A stretch of DNA of 64,000 nucleotides from assembly GCA_963662275.1 (NCBI GenBank), contig OY759316.1, positions 3,936,001 to 4,000,000 of the forward strand, read 5' to 3'. Numbering within the stretch: position 1 is the first letter of the stretch; every line of letters starts with the position of its first letter. The notes under the pieces were generated by a model. That model saw nothing but the letters and a program-made list of their open reading frames with translations. It had not been told where the DNA came from and did no database searches. This stretch comes from Candidatus Cloacimonadales bacterium (lineage in GTDB: Bacteria > Cloacimonadota > Cloacimonadia > Cloacimonadales > DAONDQ01). A program made the translations under genes and the position numbers. Positions 10,587 to 18,739 of the stretch are shown here, piece after piece.

Positions 10587-11052
10587 TTTTCACCTCTCTT
10601 CTTGCAATTAGGACTTTTCTTCTTAATCGTAATACAGGCACTGAATCCTGATTATAGGCAGTTGTCTCAACATACACAATACCTCGGTCGTTTTTACTCT
10701 TGGAAGGATATACATCCAGGACTTCAGTTTTAACATGAAGTGTATCATTGACAAAGACAGGAGCTAAATGTTCGACTTTTTCATATTCCAAATTAGCAAT
10801 GGCTTTTCCGCTGATATCCGGTACAGTAATTCCAACAGTAAGACTAAAAACAAGCGTTCCAACTACCAGAATTTGTTTATGCTGAGATTTTTCAGCAAAA
10901 TCTCTATTTGTATGTAAAGGATGATGATTCATTGTTAACAAACTGAATAGATTGTTGTCACTTTCAAAGATCGTCTTTGACAACTGATGTTCTATGATTT
11001 GACCCGGAACGAAATCTTCAAAGTAATGACCTAATACACTTGCTTCCATCAT
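10579..11052 (-). CDS. MaoC-family (hot-dog fold) enoyl-CoA hydratase/dehydratase
   Basis: [25 protein letters not shown] and APVFVNDTL. Overlaps both neighbours. Confidence 0.88.
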   Translation of the reverse strand: MMEASVLGHYFEDFVPGQIIEHQLSKTIFESDNNLFSLLTMNHHPLHTNRDFAEKSQHKQILVVGTLVFSLTVGITVPDISGKAIANLEYEKVEHLAPVFVNDTLHVKTEVLDVYPSKSKNDRGIVYVETTAYNQDSVPVLRLRRKVLIARREVKNV

Positions 11053-11921
11053 GATATCTCCGAAACTGCAAGTCGTAGCAGATATTCGCCATATCCGCTT
11101 TTACGGATCGATTCTGCGATTGCACATAATTGTTCCTGGGAGATAAATCCCTTGCGGTAGGCAATCTCTTCAATACAGCCAATTTTGAAACCTTGTCGTT
11201 GCTCAATGATCGATACATATTGTGAAGCCTGTAAAAGTGATTCAAATGTACCGGTATCCAGCCAAGCTGCTCCTCGTCCAAAAACCATGACCTTCAATTT
11301 ATCCTTTTCTAAATAGACTCGGTTCACGTCTGTTATTTCGTATTCTCCCCGAGCTGAAGGTTGAATTTCCCTGGCAACTTTGACTACTGAATTATCATAG
11401 AAATAGAGACCGGGGATTGCATAATTTGATTTCGGTAGTTTGGGCTTTTCTTCAACAGAAATCGCCTTTTGGTTCTTGTCAAATTCCACAACACCATAAC
11501 GCTCCGGATCTAAGACTGGATAAGCTGTAATAATTGCACCATCAGGCTCAGTGCATTTGATTAATTTGCTCGAAAGATCAGCACTGTAGAAGATGTTATC
11601 ACCCAAGATCAAACAAACATTGTCATCTCCAATAAAACTTGCTCCTATCACAAAAGCCTGCGCCAATCCATTCGGTATTTTTTGTACTGTATACTGAATA
11701 TTCATACCAAGTTGTGAACCATCGCCTAATAACTTGATAAAACTAGCTTGATCTTCAGGGGTAGTAATAATCAGTACTTCCCTGATGCCAGCAAGCATTA
11801 AGACTGAGAGAGGGTAATAAATCATAGGTTTGTCATAAACCGGCATTAATTGTTTACTTATTGATATTGTCAAAGGGTGTAAACGTGTACCTGAACCGCC
11901 AGCTAAAATTATGCCTTTCAT
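11049..11921 (-). CDS. rmlA: Glucose-1-phosphate thymidylyltransferase
   Basis: [47 protein letters not shown] and WLDTGT. Confidence 0.97.
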   Translation of the reverse strand: MKGIILAGGSGTRLHPLTISISKQLMPVYDKPMIYYPLSVLMLAGIREVLIITTPEDQASFIKLLGDGSQLGMNIQYTVQKIPNGLAQAFVIGASFIGDDNVCLILGDNIFYSADLSSKLIKCTEPDGAIITAYPVLDPERYGVVEFDKNQKAISVEEKPKLPKSNYAIPGLYFYDNSVVKVAREIQPSARGEYEITDVNRVYLEKDKLKVMVFGRGAAWLDTGTFESLLQASQYVSIIEQRQGFKIGCIEEIAYRKGFISQEQLCAIAESIRKSGYGEYLLRLAVSEIS

Positions 11922-12391
11922 ATCAGTTACCTCATTATTTTAATACGATTACTTCATTCATGATAAATCCTGGATATTTATCAATCGCTAAGATGAAAAT
12001 AATTTGTCAATGAAAATGAAGATGATCCTAATTTACAAAACACTAGAAATTCTATATTTTTCAAATCCATTCTTCCTATTACTTTCAATAAAAAAATACA
12101 GCATTATACAAGATTATGTCAAGCTATTTTTCCACATCATGATTAGATAATTTGTGATTCATCAGTAAAGTAGAGTTGCTTAAGTACTTTACAGATGAAT
12201 CGCTCATAATAAGTATATCTGTATTCAAATATCTTCTCGATACAATCATCTTCGAAGGATATAGGAGATCTTCACTGGTTCAATTCTTTATTAAAATCCC
12301 TAACAAACTTCACTGGTAGAGTATGATACAAAATATATCTTTACAAGCAAAATATAATCAGGAAATTATTGCATCAGAAATTGGGGGTATT

Positions 12392-13357
12392 ATGAAACTT
12401 GTGGAACAACACTTAGAGAACTTATTAGATGAACTCTGCGAACATGAAAACATGGAAGACAGTTTACGAAAACTTGTTCATAATATGGATGATCTTTTTG
12501 AATTTCAGAGTTTGGGTATTTTCCTGAAAGATCCTCTTTCCAATCACTTCAAGTTTAAAACTGGTCGTCATTTGAGTCAACATTTTATGCAAACAGCAGA
12601 ATTCAGCTATGTAGATGAACTTATCCAAGCACTTTCCCATGGAGGAATGATAAGATGCTGTGAAAATAAACGCTTTAAATTTGAATTTGACTATATTGAC
12701 CTGGTGATCATACCCTTGATTTATCGGAGTGATTTCCAAGGGTTTATGTTCATTGATACAAATGAGTGTTTAATCACCGAAGAAGAGATCTCTGTGTATC
12801 GCATCCATGCACAATTATGCAGTCTTTTAACTCGCATCTTCTCGCAGGAACATACACTTGTACTCTCATCACTGGAAATCGATCCTGTCACCCATCTCTT
12901 TGAACCTCAAGCATTTGTGAAACATGGTTCCAGGTTATTTGAACAGATGCATCGATATCATCACGAACTTCATTATGTGGCAATGACAATTTTCGAATTC
13001 AGTGATTTGGTTCAGAAATTCGGAAAGGAGAAAGGAAAAGAATTGCGACATAAACTTGGAATAACACTTCTTTCACAACTTCGTAAATCGGATATTATGG
13101 GTTCTACAGGACCTGATTCAGGGGCTATCCTTTTCCCTGAAACAACAACTGAACATGTGCTGTTAGTAGTAAACCGTTTGAATGAATTGATCTCATCATT
13201 CCCTGAATTGAAACAACACAAGGTATGCTGGGGAATTGCCCAGATGAAAAATTCAATGACTTCCTTAGCGGATTTGCAGTTCAAGGCAGTTTCTGCCCTG
13301 GAGCACTCAATTCAATCATCCCAGCAAAATATTTTTGTTGATACAACAGGAAATTAA
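12392..13357 (+). CDS. GAF plus degenerate GGDEF-domain protein
   Basis: IDPVTHLF at the GGDEF start, RKSD-X5-GPDSG in place of GGDEF, then ILFPETT. Start taken at ATG 12392 behind GGGGG. Confidence 0.7.
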   Translation: MKLVEQHLENLLDELCEHENMEDSLRKLVHNMDDLFEFQSLGIFLKDPLSNHFKFKTGRHLSQHFMQTAEFSYVDELIQALSHGGMIRCCENKRFKFEFDYIDLVIIPLIYRSDFQGFMFIDTNECLITEEEISVYRIHAQLCSLLTRIFSQEHTLVLSSLEIDPVTHLFEPQAFVKHGSRLFEQMHRYHHELHYVAMTIFEFSDLVQKFGKEKGKELRHKLGITLLSQLRKSDIMGSTGPDSGAILFPETTTEHVLLVVNRLNELISSFPELKQHKVCWGIAQMKNSMTSLADLQFKAVSALEHSIQSSQQNIFVDTTGN

Positions 13358-14004
13358 TGTATCTTTGTTACATATTTTGACACATCGATCACATCTATGA
13401 CTTTCTCCTGATCGACATAAAGAATTGTTGATTCATCTCCGTATGGTATCCAAGTTCCATCTGCTAACTTGATGTTAAAAGTATAATAAAAAATATCATC
13501 AACATTCGCCGGTGGTAAGGGTGAAAAAAATTCTTCATCTTTTTGAATGGAATCCGGTAAAATTATTTCCCGTGTAAATTCACTAAAGGGTGGATGATGA
13601 ATAGTATAGCTCATGGCTGTTATTGCCAGGTCCTGATAATTTTTTACTTTCACGGCTGCAAGGATAGGATCACAATATATCTTATAGGTCTCACCTGAAT
13701 TAATTTTTATATTTGTATTCTTCAAATAGACGGCCTCGTCATATTCATAGATTCGTATCATCCAGGTTTCTCCGTAAATGACAAGGGGAACCTCTTTTGT
13801 CCGTGTCCCTGTTAAGACTGTTTCCTTACCAGTATCCACTTCTACCGATTTTGAAGTATTTCCCGGAATAATAATATCTTTCCCATCTATCGTTATATAT
13901 ATGTTATATGATGATCGGTTAATCACTTTTAAAGTACCTGATGAGTTGCATGCTGTTAACATCAGCAGTATAGCCAGGCAAAAAATAAGCAAAAGTGTAC
14001 GCAT
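13354..14004 (-). CDS. Hypothetical lipoprotein
   Basis: Signal peptide with lipobox LTAC and an AGGAGG RBS. Confidence 0.75.
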   Translation of the reverse strand: MRTLLLIFCLAILLMLTACNSSGTLKVINRSSYNIYITIDGKDIIIPGNTSKSVEVDTGKETVLTGTRTKEVPLVIYGETWMIRIYEYDEAVYLKNTNIKINSGETYKIYCDPILAAVKVKNYQDLAITAMSYTIHHPPFSEFTREIILPDSIQKDEEFFSPLPPANVDDIFYYTFNIKLADGTWIPYGDESTILYVDQEKVIDVIDVSKYVTKIH

Positions 14005-14122
14005 GTCTTCCTCCTTTCAAGGATGGTCATAATTCCTAAATACTAAGCAATTTACAGTCCTTTTTGGCAAACGATTATATGTTCTGATTTACCTTCTGCT
14101 CTTCTTCAATTCTTAATTCTGA

Positions 14123-14683
14123 TCAAGGTTCCATATTTAAATTGCTTTGCGGTTGATTTTTTTGCAACGCGAAAGATAAATTGGTATAGAGCTCTTTATA
14201 GGTAGTGCTCAGGAGAGGCGTTCGAAAGACAATACCTTTCGGTCTCATGAGTAATTTCGGATAGAAGAAGAACTTGCGCAGAAAACTGATATGTTCAAAC
14301 AATTGGGGATCATACTCAAAAATCAGGACTGGATACTTTTTATATTTCACCCTTCTTGTTCGTATCTCGGACACATAATTCCAGGGAATCTGAAAGCTGA
14401 CAAAAGCAGTTGGCTGATAATAAACTCCCAGGTTATTAATGATAATCGCCGGTTCTTTTTGAAACAAAAGACAGGTAAAGTCAATGATACTGAGTCCGCA
14501 ATAATAAGCAAGACCCCAGGCAAACACATGAATAAACAACCAATGTTTGTTATTCTGATAGACCAACTGCCGCATGAAAAAAAAGTGGATGATATAGGAA
14601 AGTAAAACGATAAAGATTACCAGGAATAAGAAGATTTTAACTTTACTGAAATTAACTTCAATGCCAGGTTCAACCACATTCAT
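14123..14683 (-). CDS. Hypothetical membrane protein (STM3941-like)
   Basis: Two N-terminal TM segments followed by PAIIINNLG...IPW. Confidence 0.65.
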   Translation of the reverse strand: MNVVEPGIEVNFSKVKIFLFLVIFIVLLSYIIHFFFMRQLVYQNNKHWLFIHVFAWGLAYYCGLSIIDFTCLLFQKEPAIIINNLGVYYQPTAFVSFQIPWNYVSEIRTRRVKYKKYPVLIFEYDPQLFEHISFLRKFFFYPKLLMRPKGIVFRTPLLSTTYKELYTNLSFALQKNQPQSNLNMEP

Positions 14684-15052
14684 AGGAATCTCCCTTTTGG
14701 AATTACTTTTAAATGAATATAGTTTATGCTATAGTTGTTGTTGTCAATAAAAAGAACCAAAGTAAATGCAGAAAAGATTACCAATCCATATTACGAATAA
14801 TGTACTTAAAGACTAAAACTTCAACCAAATCTTATAACCGAAATAGAAGTCACCAGCATTGAATTTAGCAGAGCTTTGGGGCGTTGTTAATTCCATAGGT
14901 ATATGAGGATCTATCAGATTTCCACCATTCAGATTGTATCATTGTGATGCATAAGTGTTAGATCGTTGAAGAAGGGATTAGGAGAGAGTGCCTTCGGACT
15001 TATCAGCGATATTAAACCGCATAGAAGCCTCGTTATAGATAATAAGGTAAAA

Positions 15053-15140
15053 GCAAGTTCATACCAATCTTAATCCTATTTCATTCCAATGTTGCGAAAC
15101 AGGAATGAAACTGGTATGAAATTGGATTGAAACTGGTAGT
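15053..15140. repeat. Inverted array of 11-bp-period units (CCAATNTNANT / GGNATGAAANT)
   Basis: CC at 15064/15075/15086 and GG at 15102/15113/15124/15135. Confidence 0.75.
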
Positions 15141-15221
15141 AATAATGGTGTTCGTTTTGAGTTCTCAAGAACACTAATATGCTCAAATATGCAGTTCGGA
15201 TTGAGATGCAGTTCGGAGAAC

Positions 15222-15605
15222 GGAATTCTGCTAGCCCAGGAAGTTCTTCCAGTGGAACGAGACCAGAATAAATCCTCTGAGTCCGTAGGACGAAACCACG
15301 AATGAAGTTCAAAATCGGAATAATGGGAGAATGTGTCTTCTTCCAGACTCTTTCATACAAATGTAAGGTAATATCTTTGTTATGTCGCAAACCCAGGAAG
15401 GACTTACTGGGCTAACGGAATGACATCCTACGGATTAATTCAGGCAAAGAAAGCGCCCATGGTAATACGGCCTCCTATTCATATTCCGGTTTTGAACTTC
15501 CCTGAAAACGGGTTTTCACTACCGTGGAATGAATGATCGGAATGAAGTCCAATTTCCCTGTTAGCTAAGTGGTAATAGATAGTTTAACATGGGAAATTGA
15601 ACTCC
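15222..15605. ncRNA. Candidate structured non-coding element with interleaved long inverted repeats
   Basis: Complementary pairs 15225-15250/15396-15421, 15280-15292/15424-15436 and 15304-15329/15472-15500, plus hairpins 15503-15518 and 15544-15605. No known family recognised. Confidence 0.4.
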
Positions 15606-15629
15606 AAATCCTCAATAATCACCGATGAA

Positions 15630-15831
15630 GAATCCGACAATACCATTGTCAGTTACAAACCTCCGTAACATAAAGTGGTACTTTGTTGTATGAGGGGATT
15701 GGCAATCCCCGATGCAAGATGAATTCGACAATACCATTGTCTCATACAACAGTTTACCAAACTATGCTACGCTCCAGAATCCGACAATACCATTGTCTCA
15801 TACAACAGTTTACCAAACTATGTTACGCTCC
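15630..15831. repeat. 56-bp tandem repeat x2 plus a partial third copy, and a GGGGATTGGCAATCCCC hairpin
   Basis: GAATYCGACAATACCATTGTCTCATACAACAGTTTACCAAACTATGYTACGCTCC at 15721 and 15777, partial copy at 15630, hairpin at 15694-15710. Confidence 0.88.
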
Positions 15832-15845
15832 CGCATTCTCAAAAA

Positions 15846-16943
15846 TCAAGGGGAAACCCTGACGCAGCGAAAGCCTATATGGCAGGTGCTGGTAGCCGCA
15901 TCGCCGTAGTTCCGAGCGGAAACGACGCAGTAGCTGGCACTGTCGCCCCAGCCACCGCCGCGGTGCACGCGGGCAGACCCGCTGACGACGCCATGAGGAT
16001 TGTTCTGCGCTCCACTCGGATAATCACCATAAATGTCCCAATTCCACTCCCAGACGTTACCGCTCATGTCAAATATGCCAAGTTCATTAGCTGTATTGGT
16101 GCCAACTGTATGAGTTGTGCTACCTGAGTTGGAATAGTACCAAGCAACAGCATTTATATCTTCACTACCACTGTAGGTATAACCGTGAGTTGAGTTACCA
16201 CCCCGGGCAGCAAATTCCCATTCCGCTTCGGTTGGGAGGCGATAACCGTTGGCTGTCCAAGAGCAGGTGACATTTGTGTGGTTGTTATAATCGGAATTCC
16301 AACCTGAAGGCCAGGTGGCCGGGTTAGTACCATAAGTAAGATAACTGTAACACGGTGTAAGACCTTCGCTGATGCTCCGCTTGTTACAATACTCGATGGC
16401 ATTGAACCAGGATACTTGCTCCACGGGTCCATTCGTTACACTAGAATAATAAGATGGATTTGTTCCCATCACAGCCTGATATGCAGCTTGCGTAAGCTCA
16501 TATTTATCTAAATAATAACTACTAACCGTCACATTAGAGGTGCCATTGTTGAATGTGCCACCTGCAACAAGTACGAAGTTAGCCGGAACAGATATGCTAT
16601 CCCAAGCCTGTACTTTGAAAGCAAACTGGTTGCCGTCCAATGGTGTTGCTTCATTTCCGGCATGCCAGACGATGTGCTTGCCGGTACCAATGTGTATCTT
16701 GCCAGTATCTCCACTGAGGTTGGCAGGTGTGACAGTGACCGTAAAAGTAATTCCGGCGTCATTAGACACGCTCATACTGACCCATACGCTGTCGGTGCTC
16801 GAGCAGGCTACATCATAATATATATCCAGTATTTTACTGCCATCGGTGCGCTGGGCAGCAGTGGCATTCGTTACAACAGGAGAGACAGCATAAATCGTAG
16901 CTGAAAGAATGATTACGAGAAATAGCAGAGATATTTTTCTCAT
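15846..16943 (-). CDS. Secreted formylglycine-generating-enzyme (SUMF1/CLec fold) domain protein, probable DGR target
   Basis: Signal peptide, N-terminal Ig-like domain, GGTF, KYELTQ, PVEQVSW, YRLPTEAEWEFAARGG, DMSGNVWEW, RGGGW and IGFRCVR. Confidence 0.9.
   Translation of the reverse strand: MRKISLLFLVIILSATIYAVSPVVTNATAAQRTDGSKILDIYYDVACSSTDSVWVSMSVSNDAGITFTVTVTPANLSGDTGKIHIGTGKHIVWHAGNEATPLDGNQFAFKVQAWDSISVPANFVLVAGGTFNNGTSNVTVSSYYLDKYELTQAAYQAVMGTNPSYYSSVTNGPVEQVSWFNAIEYCNKRSISEGLTPCYSYLTYGTNPATWPSGWNSDYNNHTNVTCSWTANGYRLPTEAEWEFAARGGNSTHGYTYSGSEDINAVAWYYSNSGSTTHTVGTNTANELGIFDMSGNVWEWNWDIYGDYPSGAQNNPHGVVSGSARVHRGGGWGDSASYCVVSARNYGDAATSTCHIGFRCVRVSP
15849..15980 (-). other. Putative DGR variable region (VR)
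   Basis: 36 of the last 42 codons end in C/T and only one ends in A. About 67% GC by hand count. Located at the CLec C-terminus. Confidence 0.7.
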
Positions 16944-16995
16944 TTTATTCTCCTTAGATATTTTAATTTAACTGAAAGCAAGGAAAAGCAGAAAA

Positions 16996-17129
16996 TCAAA
17001 CTCTCCCTTGGTCCCTCCCTTTATCCAAAGGGAGGGAAATCAGACAGGATGCGGATCGATGAATTGCCAGTCTGGATAATTCCTCCCTTTGGATAAAGGG
17101 AGGTGGCAATTTATTGTCGGAGAGTTTGA
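16996..17129. repeat. REPIN/MITE-like inverted doublet of CTCCCTTTATCCAAAGGGAG
   Basis: 17015-17040 is the reverse complement of 17079-17103. Outer arms are TCAAACTCTCC/GGAGAGTTTGA. Confidence 0.8.
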
Positions 17130-17231
17130 AAAACCGCGAATTAAACGACATCTTAGACACATCCTGTTAGCTTCGTTGCCAATTCGGGTTTGAATTCCAA
17201 AGATAGCCCGCAGTTGAAATTCGATAACCCA

Positions 17232-18437
17232 TTATTCAGCCAACCGACGTTTAATATCCAGCCAGCTAACCGGCACAGTTTTGACTTCGAAATCAGAACC
17301 AGCTTTTGTAGCTTTGCTTTTCAACCGGGCTACAAGATTAGCAGTTCTTTCATCATAATACTTCACTGCCACCACACGATAATACATATGTGTAGCATGT
17401 CTGACAACGTTATGATGCGTACAACCGCTTGCAGTTTCCACTTCTTCCAGGAAATAATAAGCTGCTTCATTCTCCGCATCCGGAGATTGATTATAGAGAA
17501 TGAGGTAAGCAGATGGAACTATTGGAGTACCAAGAACAGTTAGGGTTACCTCATCCCAGGTAATCACGGCATCCCGATTATTGACTATCTCTACATTGAC
17601 GTTTTGTGGTGCTGCCGGTGGCACATAACCGATACTGAATGGGTTCTGAGATATATCGCTGCCTGAATTGCCAAAGGCATCCTTTACGGTCAACCTGACT
17701 AATGTTTGTTCAGAAGTAATGCTGGGCATCAGCCAACTATAAGAGCCGTTATTGGCAAGCTCCGGCTGGATAGAAATCCAAGTGCCGGTGCTGACCTTTT
17801 TGTATTCCAGCTTGATGGGCAAAGCTGCGATGTGGCTGTCTGATGCACACCAAAGGACATCATGAGTTTCTCCAATATACCAGCTTTCACCGCCATTGGG
17901 AGACTGCAAGTCAACCGTGGGATTTACAGTATCGACCGTAGTAAGTGGTGTAAGCATAACGGATGCTCCTGCCAGCGTGAATGCTGCATCGCTTTCGTCA
18001 TTGCTAATGTTGCCAAAGCTATCGATGGCAATAATCCTGATTTTAGCCTGTAGCACAGAGGTGGTCGGCACCGTCCAGAGATAGCTGCCGCTGTTGGTCT
18101 GATCAGCAGCCAGATTGGTATAGTTGGTACCATTATCGGCACTAAACGCAATCGTTATAGGATTTGCTATAAAATGATTATCTGTTGCACTCCATAGGAT
18201 AGCTTTTTGCTGATTGGAATAGAGCGTTTCTCCGCCATTGGGAGAAATGACCGAGAGAAGAGGGTTGACCGTATCTACTGAAACCAGTGACGTTATTGCT
18301 TCTCCCATAGAAGCATAACGGTTCGGTGGCATAAAACCGCTGCTAGTTCCTGAGTCAATTGTAATCGACACGGCTGTCAGGCTGAAACTGCATCCTAATA
18401 TTAGGAAAATGAAAAAGAGACTCCTTATCCAGCGCAT
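17232..18437 (-). CDS. Secreted protein with two SPNGGE Ig-like repeats and a C-terminal FN3-like domain
   Basis: Signal peptide, VDTVNP...SPNGGE...W...GSY.W..P...D(S/A)FGN repeated twice, then PAAPQNV...ITWD...YYRVVA. Confidence 0.75.
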   Translation of the reverse strand: MRWIRSLFFIFLILGCSFSLTAVSITIDSGTSSGFMPPNRYASMGEAITSLVSVDTVNPLLSVISPNGGETLYSNQQKAILWSATDNHFIANPITIAFSADNGTNYTNLAADQTNSGSYLWTVPTTSVLQAKIRIIAIDSFGNISNDESDAAFTLAGASVMLTPLTTVDTVNPTVDLQSPNGGESWYIGETHDVLWCASDSHIAALPIKLEYKKVSTGTWISIQPELANNGSYSWLMPSITSEQTLVRLTVKDAFGNSGSDISQNPFSIGYVPPAAPQNVNVEIVNNRDAVITWDEVTLTVLGTPIVPSAYLILYNQSPDAENEAAYYFLEEVETASGCTHHNVVRHATHMYYRVVAVKYYDERTANLVARLKSKATKAGSDFEVKTVPVSWLDIKRRLAE

Positions 18438-18611
18438 GGATACCTCCTTGTTGGTTAGATTTGATTTCTATCATTCAGAAAACATTCAGATGTATATTCA
18501 CTCTTGTTGCCAGTTAAAGGAAATAACAATTTATCTGTCAATATCTTAAACTGCGACAAGAAAATACATAAAAGTCGGGTACTTACGATGGATTCTAGAA
18601 TGTGTCGGACT

Positions 18612-18739
18612 GATGGGACTGGACTTATTGCGATCGCTTGTCACCGGATTAAAATCCAGTGTTTATATGTTTCTTCCCTACGGGAATTTGTCTTGTTTGA
18701 GATATATCACCGGATTAAAATCCAGTGTTAATATCCATC
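18612..18739. repeat. 66-bp-period palindromic (BIME/REP-like) array, left part
   Basis: TCACCGGATTAAAATCCAGTGTT at 18641 and 18707, alternating with TCCC-N3-GGGA hairpins. Confidence 0.85.

Noticed and set aside
15274..15300. Hammerhead ribozyme (GAGTCCGTAGGACGAAAC)
   Set aside because: Upstream reads CCTCTGA rather than CTGANGA, and the candidate stem III partner CGTGG is followed by AA rather than UH.
15076..15390. 104-aa ORF from the track
   Set aside because: TTG start without an RBS, crosses repeat arrays, and has no recognisable domain.
15385..15460. c-di-GMP-I or fluoride riboswitch (GCAAACCC..GGG, ATGACATCCTAC)
   Set aside because: Only fragments match. The GNRA loop and GACGCAAAGC motif, and the nearby fluoride 5' motif, are missing.
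15554..15612. tRNA gene (TAGCTAAGTGGTAA resembles a D-arm)
   Set aside because: No anticodon arm, T-loop (TTCRA) or acceptor stem. It is better explained as a simple hairpin.
15630..15831. CRISPR array
   Set aside because: The whole 56-bp unit is repeated with no unique spacer.
14684..15845. DGR template repeat or reverse transcriptase
   Set aside because: No AAC-rich copy of the VR was seen on either strand, and no ORF in the window has RT motifs such as YxDD in the proper context.
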